Origin: Candidatus Komeilibacteria bacterium RIFOXYD1_FULL_37_29
GTDB taxonomy: Bacteria > Patescibacteriota > Patescibacteriia > UBA1558 > GWA2-36-10
DNA: 64,000 nucleotides
Assembly (NCBI GenBank): GCA_001818495.1
Contig: MHKS01000005.1
Span: 250,038 to 314,037 of the forward strand
Direction: 5' to 3'
Shown here: in pieces, positions 58,815 through 64,000 of the stretch
Layout: every line of letters starts with the position of its first letter
How positions within the stretch are numbered: the first letter of the stretch is position 1
Notes under the pieces: model-generated
Told to the model about the DNA's origin: nothing
Databases searched by the model: none
Seen by the model: only the letters and a program-made list of their open reading frames with translations
Program-made: the position numbers and the translations under genes

Positions 58815-59465
58815 ATGGCACAACAAATGAAAAGAATAGTACTTTTAGGGCCACAAGCTTCTGGCAAAAGTACTCAATCTAAAGTCATTACGGATTTTTT
58901 AAAAATACCCCTGGTTTCAGCTAGTCATAGTTTACGTAAGATGATAGGGCGTGGTACTGTTTTGGGTAAAAAAATCAAAGAACTGATGGACCAAGGGTCC
59001 TTGGTGCCAGATGATCAGATGATCAGTTTGATTTTGGGAGAGTTGGGCAGTGAATATTGTCTGAATGGTTATTTATTAGATGGTTTTCCTAGAAATATAC
59101 GTCAAGCTCAAGTTTTGGATAGCAGTTGTGGGGTAGATAAGGTTTTTAATATTGAAATATCTGATGAAGAGGCTATTAAGCGCATGGCTGGTAGGCGGAT
59201 GTGTTCCAATGGTCATGTTTTTCATATTAAGTTTAAGCCTTCTGGCAAAGGGGATATTTGTGATATCTGTGACCAAGAGCTTTATCAGCGTGAAGATGAT
59301 AAGGAAGAAATAGTTAAAAAAAGATTGGGTATTTATCGAAGAGACACTTCCAAGTTATTGGATTATTATGATAAGCAAAATAAATTAGTCAGTTTTGATG
59401 GGGAAAAAGATATTAGTGAAGTTTCAGAGGATATTTTAAATTATTTAAAAGCCAATGTTGGATAA
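58815..59465 (+). CDS. adk: Adenylate kinase with a zinc-binding lid.
   Basis: P-loop GPQASGKSTQ, LID CSNGH…CDICD. Confidence 0.85.
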   Translation: MAQQMKRIVLLGPQASGKSTQSKVITDFLKIPLVSASHSLRKMIGRGTVLGKKIKELMDQGSLVPDDQMISLILGELGSEYCLNGYLLDGFPRNIRQAQVLDSSCGVDKVFNIEISDEEAIKRMAGRRMCSNGHVFHIKFKPSGKGDICDICDQELYQREDDKEEIVKKRLGIYRRDTSKLLDYYDKQNKLVSFDGEKDISEVSEDILNYLKANVG

Positions 59466-60201
59466 AAAAACTCCCGAGGAAATCAAAATTTTAAGAGAAG
59501 GCGGTAAAAAACTAGGTCAGATTTTGCGTCAGCTTGTTGAAGAGACAGTAGTGGGAAATACCGGTCGAAAATTAAATGACCGGGCGGAAAAATTAATCAA
59601 ACAAGCTGGTGGTGTTCCATCTTTTAAGAATTATCAAGGTTTTCCAGCGGCTTTATGTGTATCGATAAATGATGTGGTAGTGCATGGCATACCGACCGAT
59701 GAATCTTTTCAAGAAGGTGATCTAGTAGGGCTTGATTTGGGTATGCAATACAAAGGCCTTTATACCGATACAGCTATTACCGTAGGGGTTGGTCGGATCA
59801 GTTCAGCCGCTGAAAAGCTTCTTTTTGCTACTAAAAAGTCTTTAGATTTAGCCATTTCTCAACTTAAAGTCGGTGGCTATATTTCTGATATTGGTCAAAC
59901 TATTGAGCAATTTATCAAGCCTTATGGCTATGGGATAGTCAGAGATTTAGCTGGTCATGGTGTTGGTCGGCAGGTGCACGAAAATCCTAGTATCCCCAAT
60001 TATTACATTGGCCGAAATTCAGTAAAAATATTTGATGGTATGGTCATTGCTATTGAGCCAATGTTGATTATAAATAACAATTGGAGAATAAAGATCAAAA
60101 ATAATAAATGGGATGTTGTTTCTCAAGACGGCAGTTTAACCGCTCATTTTGAACATTCGGTCGCTATTACTCAGGATGGGCCAATTATTTTGACAGAATA
60201 A
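59455..60201 (+). CDS. map: Methionine aminopeptidase type I.
   Basis: Pita-bread fold metal ligands (D…D…H…E…E pattern). Located after adk. Confidence 0.85.
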   Translation: MLDKKTPEEIKILREGGKKLGQILRQLVEETVVGNTGRKLNDRAEKLIKQAGGVPSFKNYQGFPAALCVSINDVVVHGIPTDESFQEGDLVGLDLGMQYKGLYTDTAITVGVGRISSAAEKLLFATKKSLDLAISQLKVGGYISDIGQTIEQFIKPYGYGIVRDLAGHGVGRQVHENPSIPNYYIGRNSVKIFDGMVIAIEPMLIINNNWRIKIKNNKWDVVSQDGSLTAHFEHSVAITQDGPIILTE

Positions 60202-60207
60202 ATAATC

Positions 60208-60594
60208 ATGACGAAGAAAAAATTTTTAGGCATTGATTTTGGAGATAAAAGAGTCGGTTTGGCTTTGGCAGAGGACAAAGGACCGGCTCTGCCTTTTAAA
60301 GTGATTCCCAATGATTCCAAATTAGTGGCTTCTTTACAAGAGATTATCAAGCAAGAAAATATCACCGCTGTAGTGGTAGGCTTACCACATAGTTTTTCTG
60401 GCCAAGAAAATGAGCGAATGTTTTTGACTAAAAAATTTGTCGAAATATTACAGCATAATTTGAGTATAGAAGTCTATACTATTGATGAACAATTTACTTC
60501 TAAGCTTTATGAGAAAATGGGTGTGACTAAAGATTTAGACAAACATGCCGCTACCGCTATTTTAGATACTTATTTGATTAAAAATGATTTTTAA
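60208..60594 (+). CDS. ruvX: Putative pre-16S rRNA nuclease / Holliday-junction-resolvase-like protein YqgF/RuvX.
   Basis: LGIDFGDKRVGLALAE RNase-H-like N-terminus. Confidence 0.7.
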   Translation: MTKKKFLGIDFGDKRVGLALAEDKGPALPFKVIPNDSKLVASLQEIIKQENITAVVVGLPHSFSGQENERMFLTKKFVEILQHNLSIEVYTIDEQFTSKLYEKMGVTKDLDKHAATAILDTYLIKNDF

Positions 60595-61654
60595 TATTCC
60601 CAAATTTATTTTTGTTTTTATCTTGGCTCTAGTTTTATCTGGGGTCTTGGTAAAATTGGTCATGATTTTAGCGCGCCGTTTAAAGATTTTAGATTATCCC
60701 AATACTGATCGAAAGATTCATCAAAAACCCATACCGCTTTTAGGGGGCTTGGCTATCTACGGAGCTTTCTTACTAACGGTGTTTATTTTATGGCAACAGA
60801 AGCTACTACTAGATGGCCGAGTAGATTTGTCTATCATTGTCTGGTTTTTGCTAGCAGGCCTGGTTTTAATGATTAATGGCTATTTGGATGATAAATACTC
60901 CTTAGCCCCTAAAATAAGCATTGGGGGGCCTATTTTGGCCTCTCTGATAGTGATTGTCGGGGGTTTAAAGATTGCGTACATTACTAATCCGAGTGGTGGG
61001 GTATTATATCTAGATGGTTTGTTTAATTGGGATTTTATTGGGTTGGCTATTACATTTTTGTGGCTGATGGGGATTACTTATACTACCAAACTTTTAGATG
61101 GTATTGACGGCCTGACTTCCAGTATTGGACTGATTGCTAGCTTGGTTATCTTTGGCGTTAGTATGAGTTGGGATGTAGCTGGCTCAAGTACTTCTCTTTT
61201 ATCTTTAGCTTTGGCTGGTTCTATTCTTGGTTTTTTGATTTTTAATTGGCATCCCGCTAAGATATTTTTGGGAGAAGCTGGTAGTACATTTATTGGTTTT
61301 GCTCTCGGTGTTTTATCGATTATTTCTGGTTCTAAAATAGCTACAGCTCTTTTAGTTATGGGGCTACCGGTTTTGGATATTTTTTGGGTAATTATAAAAA
61401 GAATTAAGCGCGGTCAGGTTTTTTGGCATAGCGATCAGGAACACTTACATTTTCGACTGTTAAAAAGCGGGTTTTCCCAAAAACAGATTGTTTTATTTCT
61501 CAGCGCCGTTTCTTTGTCATTTGGAATAATTTCCATATTCTTTACTACTAAAATTAAAATCAGTGCTTTACTTATTGTAATAATTTTAATGATTATATTA
61601 AGTAGTTGGATAAATTATCGTTTAAGAGAACAAGATGAAAAAACAAAAATTTAA
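60584..61654 (+). CDS. Polyprenyl-phosphate sugar-1-phosphate transferase, MraY/WecA (GT4) family, WecA/TagO-like.
   Basis: DDKYS, LLDGIDGL, and HSDQEHLHFRL (compare the WecA DxxHxHH motif). About 10 TM helices. Confidence 0.65.
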   Translation: MIFNIPKFIFVFILALVLSGVLVKLVMILARRLKILDYPNTDRKIHQKPIPLLGGLAIYGAFLLTVFILWQQKLLLDGRVDLSIIVWFLLAGLVLMINGYLDDKYSLAPKISIGGPILASLIVIVGGLKIAYITNPSGGVLYLDGLFNWDFIGLAITFLWLMGITYTTKLLDGIDGLTSSIGLIASLVIFGVSMSWDVAGSSTSLLSLALAGSILGFLIFNWHPAKIFLGEAGSTFIGFALGVLSIISGSKIATALLVMGLPVLDIFWVIIKRIKRGQVFWHSDQEHLHFRLLKSGFSQKQIVLFLSAVSLSFGIISIFFTTKIKISALLIVIILMIILSSWINYRLREQDEKTKI

Positions 61655-62099
61655 ATTAGTTATCTTGATAGCCGTCTTGGGCCTATTGACTATTGCTTAT
61701 TACAGTTTTGCTTATTTTAATAATAAGCCAACGGTGACTATCAATGGCCATGTCTTTGAGGTTGATGTGGCCGAAGAGGCTGATGATATAGAAAGAGGTT
61801 TGTCTGGGCGTAAAGATTTGGCTGATGACCAGGCTATGCTTTTTATTTTTCCTAGGAAGCAGGAATTAGCTTTTTGGATGCATGGCATGAATTTTAATGT
61901 TGATCTTTTATGGATAGATGGTAATAAGGTATTAGATTATGAAAAAAATATGCCAGCTCCAGGTGATAATACAGCCATTAGAGATTTGCCTAGATTTTTT
62001 CCGTCTCAGCCAGTTGATAAGGTTTTGGAAATAAAAGCCGGGCTGATTGATTTATTGGGTATAAAAATAGGGGACTCAGTTGATATAAATATTGACTAG
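61635..62099 (+). CDS. DUF192-family protein (COG1430).
   Basis: LFIFP…WMHGMNFNVDLLWID, similar to the DUF192 signature. Confidence 0.5.
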   Translation: MKKQKFKLVILIAVLGLLTIAYYSFAYFNNKPTVTINGHVFEVDVAEEADDIERGLSGRKDLADDQAMLFIFPRKQELAFWMHGMNFNVDLLWIDGNKVLDYEKNMPAPGDNTAIRDLPRFFPSQPVDKVLEIKAGLIDLLGIKIGDSVDINID

Positions 62100-62448
62100 T
62101 GTTAATTTATCAGGTAAGAGGTTTAAATATATGACAGCAGAGCGTTGGCAGGAGATAAAATTTCATATTAAGGAAAATTTTGGCATAGAAGACGAGTATG
62201 AAGAAGATTTAGATCCGGGGTTGGCTGAAGTTATACAATTTACCGGACCGCGGGGAAAAATGTTGGCCCGTTTTGTTACTCGGCCAAAATTATTGGATAA
62301 AAAGACTAGTTTTTCCAATCGAGTTGGCTCAAATGTCAAGGTGGATTATGTTTATTCGCCTGATGAGACAGCCTCTCATGTGGAAATGTATAGTTGGTCA
62401 GAACAGAAAGATGATTGGGTAAAACTGGATTCGGAGTCTTTATTGTAA
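62092..62448 (+). CDS. Hypothetical protein.
   Basis: ORF only. Confidence 0.4.
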   Translation: MTSVNLSGKRFKYMTAERWQEIKFHIKENFGIEDEYEEDLDPGLAEVIQFTGPRGKMLARFVTRPKLLDKKTSFSNRVGSNVKVDYVYSPDETASHVEMYSWSEQKDDWVKLDSESLL

Positions 62449-62461
62449 GTATTTAATAAGT

Positions 62462-62872
62462 ATGCAACAGACAAAACGTGTTTTAATGTTGATCCTAGCT
62501 TTTGCGGGGCTTGGTTTAGTGGCTGTATTTTTTACTCATGAAGCAGCTAAGCCGAGTGAATTAGTTTCTATGGAAAATTATGTTATTCATGTCGAACCGT
62601 GGATTAGTCAAGCCCACCGCGATCAATCTCTGGCCAATATAACAGTCGTAAGAGATAATTTTTTAAATTTTAAAGGTTCTGATCATTCTATGGGGGCAAC
62701 CCATCTAGCTCTATTTTTAGCTTTTGATGCTTGGCAGAGATTTTTAATAACTGGTGATAATAATAATATAAATCAGTCCCTCAAACATTTTTCTGTAGCC
62801 AAGGATTTGTTACCGGAACTGAGAGTAGAAATAGAAAATTTGGAAAATTTATTAAGACAAAAAAATGCTTAA
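62462..62872 (+). CDS. Hypothetical secreted protein.
   Basis: ORF with an N-terminal signal peptide. Confidence 0.4.
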   Translation: MQQTKRVLMLILAFAGLGLVAVFFTHEAAKPSELVSMENYVIHVEPWISQAHRDQSLANITVVRDNFLNFKGSDHSMGATHLALFLAFDAWQRFLITGDNNNINQSLKHFSVAKDLLPELRVEIENLENLLRQKNA

Positions 62873-63590
62873 ATACTTAACAATTTTTATCAGCTCACTG
62901 TTACTGCTAGCTGGATTTTGGTCTTTATTTTATAGTCAAAAAAATATACATTATTGGTTAGTGGCCATAGCGGTGGCGGTGATTTTATTGTCTGGGCGTA
63001 TTTTATCCCGAAATAGATTTTTTCGTTTTAAGATATTGTGGCTCAATCTTATTTTTGTTTACATATCTCAGTTATTATTTCTTTTACTCTTGATTTCTGA
63101 AGAATGGCGATATCTTTTATCTCTGGTTTTGTCTTTATTATGGATGTTGATTTGGTGGCTCTTGGCCAAGTATTTTGAAAATATAGATAATATAGAAAAT
63201 AGCAATTATTTGGTAGTTAATAAGTTTTTTTATTATTTAGCTTTTTGGTTTTTAGCCACTAGTTTGTATTCCTTAGTTATTTTTATACACTTTCCCTTGC
63301 TTTATGCTTATTTGATCTGTATTGTTTTTACATTTTTTTGGTTAGTTGATATTGTCCGATATCAGGATAATTTTAGTTGGGTTAATCTAATTTTTTCCCT
63401 ATTTATTTTAAGCCAAATTTTGGTGGCAGTTTATTTATTGCCAGTTAGTTTTTATGTGGCTGGTACTATTGCAACTTTATGGTTTTTCTTTATAATAGAT
63501 AATACGGCCAATACTTTGAGGTCTTTTAAGCTATACTTAGGCCTATTTTTATTGATAACGATACTTTTATTAACTACTTCTATAATATAA
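62865..63590 (+). CDS. Hypothetical polytopic membrane protein.
   Basis: ORF with at least 6 hydrophobic helices. Confidence 0.45.
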   Translation: MLKYLTIFISSLLLLAGFWSLFYSQKNIHYWLVAIAVAVILLSGRILSRNRFFRFKILWLNLIFVYISQLLFLLLLISEEWRYLLSLVLSLLWMLIWWLLAKYFENIDNIENSNYLVVNKFFYYLAFWFLATSLYSLVIFIHFPLLYAYLICIVFTFFWLVDIVRYQDNFSWVNLIFSLFILSQILVAVYLLPVSFYVAGTIATLWFFFIIDNTANTLRSFKLYLGLFLLITILLLTTSII

Positions 63591-63655
63591 TAAAATATAC
63601 GTGCTCGGTTAGAAATTTGTGGTAATAACCGGGCTAACAATTAATTTGATACTTT

Positions 63656-64000
63656 ATGCTTGATAATAAAATTTCTAATAGGACAGAAGATAGACACAAA
63701 CATTTTGAAAGGCCCACTACACAGCGGCCACCGTCCATGTTTAACCTGACTTTATGGGCTATTTTTGTCAGTCTAGCGGCTGGTTTTGGGGGTTATTTAT
63801 TGGCCAATTATATACTGCCGAGCAGTAATACCAATTATTTTAGCGTCGATAATTTAGGTCGAAATATCAATGTTGATATTGATCAACCTATGGTAGATAT
63901 TGGTAATCAACATCAAAAAAGCATAGCGGGAGTTTATAAAAAAGTAGCTACGGCTACTAGTATTGGCCAGACTATTTTTTCCCAAGAAGATTTTTTGGGA
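63656..64000 (+). CDS. Hypothetical membrane-anchored protein, 3'-truncated by the window end.
   Basis: ATG at 63656, 115 codons without a stop to the window end, and a TM helix. Confidence 0.4.
   Translation, partial: MLDNKISNRTEDRHKHFERPTTQRPPSMFNLTLWAIFVSLAAGFGGYLLANYILPSSNTNYFSVDNLGRNINVDIDQPMVDIGNQHQKSIAGVYKKVATATSIGQTIFSQEDFLG

Overview
This 64 kb window is low-GC (roughly 35%) bacterial DNA that uses the standard genetic code; TAA and TAG stops are seen. Gene content points to a Candidate Phyla Radiation (Patescibacteria) bacterium: the str/S10/spc ribosomal cluster has no L30 gene, several r-proteins carry extensions, there is a giant multidomain surface protein, and comEC is split. 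Laid out 5' to 3': (1) a 3578 aa or larger surface protein, followed by two paralogous membrane proteins with Asn-rich and TSP3-type calcium-binding repeats; (2) ybeY-dgkA-ftsA-ftsZ-nrdR; (3) a cobalamin-riboswitch-like leader in front of a transcobalamin-like B12-binding surface protein; (4) a tRNA-Ser(CGA) gene preceded by a tandem 84-bp duplication, then an accessory island (about 19.7 to 33.7 kb). The island holds a GIY-YIG nuclease gene bracketed by a repeat of the tRNA 3' end, a Type III R-M system (mod/res) with a co-operonic PD-(D/E)xK protein, and a 6.7 kb cassette flanked by about 248-bp direct repeats. The cassette encodes a T4-like 5-hydroxymethyl-dC DNA modification toolkit (dCMP-hydroxymethylase-like ThyA homolog with the Asn-to-Asp specificity switch, P-loop dNMP-kinase-like protein, dCMP deaminase, a protein resembling T4 beta-glucosyltransferase) plus a carbamoyltransferase, a SAM methyltransferase and a protein-kinase-fold phosphotransferase. 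I regard this candidate glycosyl-hmC DNA hypermodification system, sitting next to restriction genes, as the most novel feature. (5) prfB, a hypothetical protein, split comEC, a receiver-domain protein and ndk; (6) rpmB, a site-2 protease, then rpsL-rpsG-fusA, a GC-rich insertion, tuf, and the S10/spc ribosomal operon through secY-adk-map, followed by ruvX, a WecA/MraY-family transferase, a DUF192 protein and several hypotheticals. No rRNA, CRISPR array or prophage structural genes were seen.
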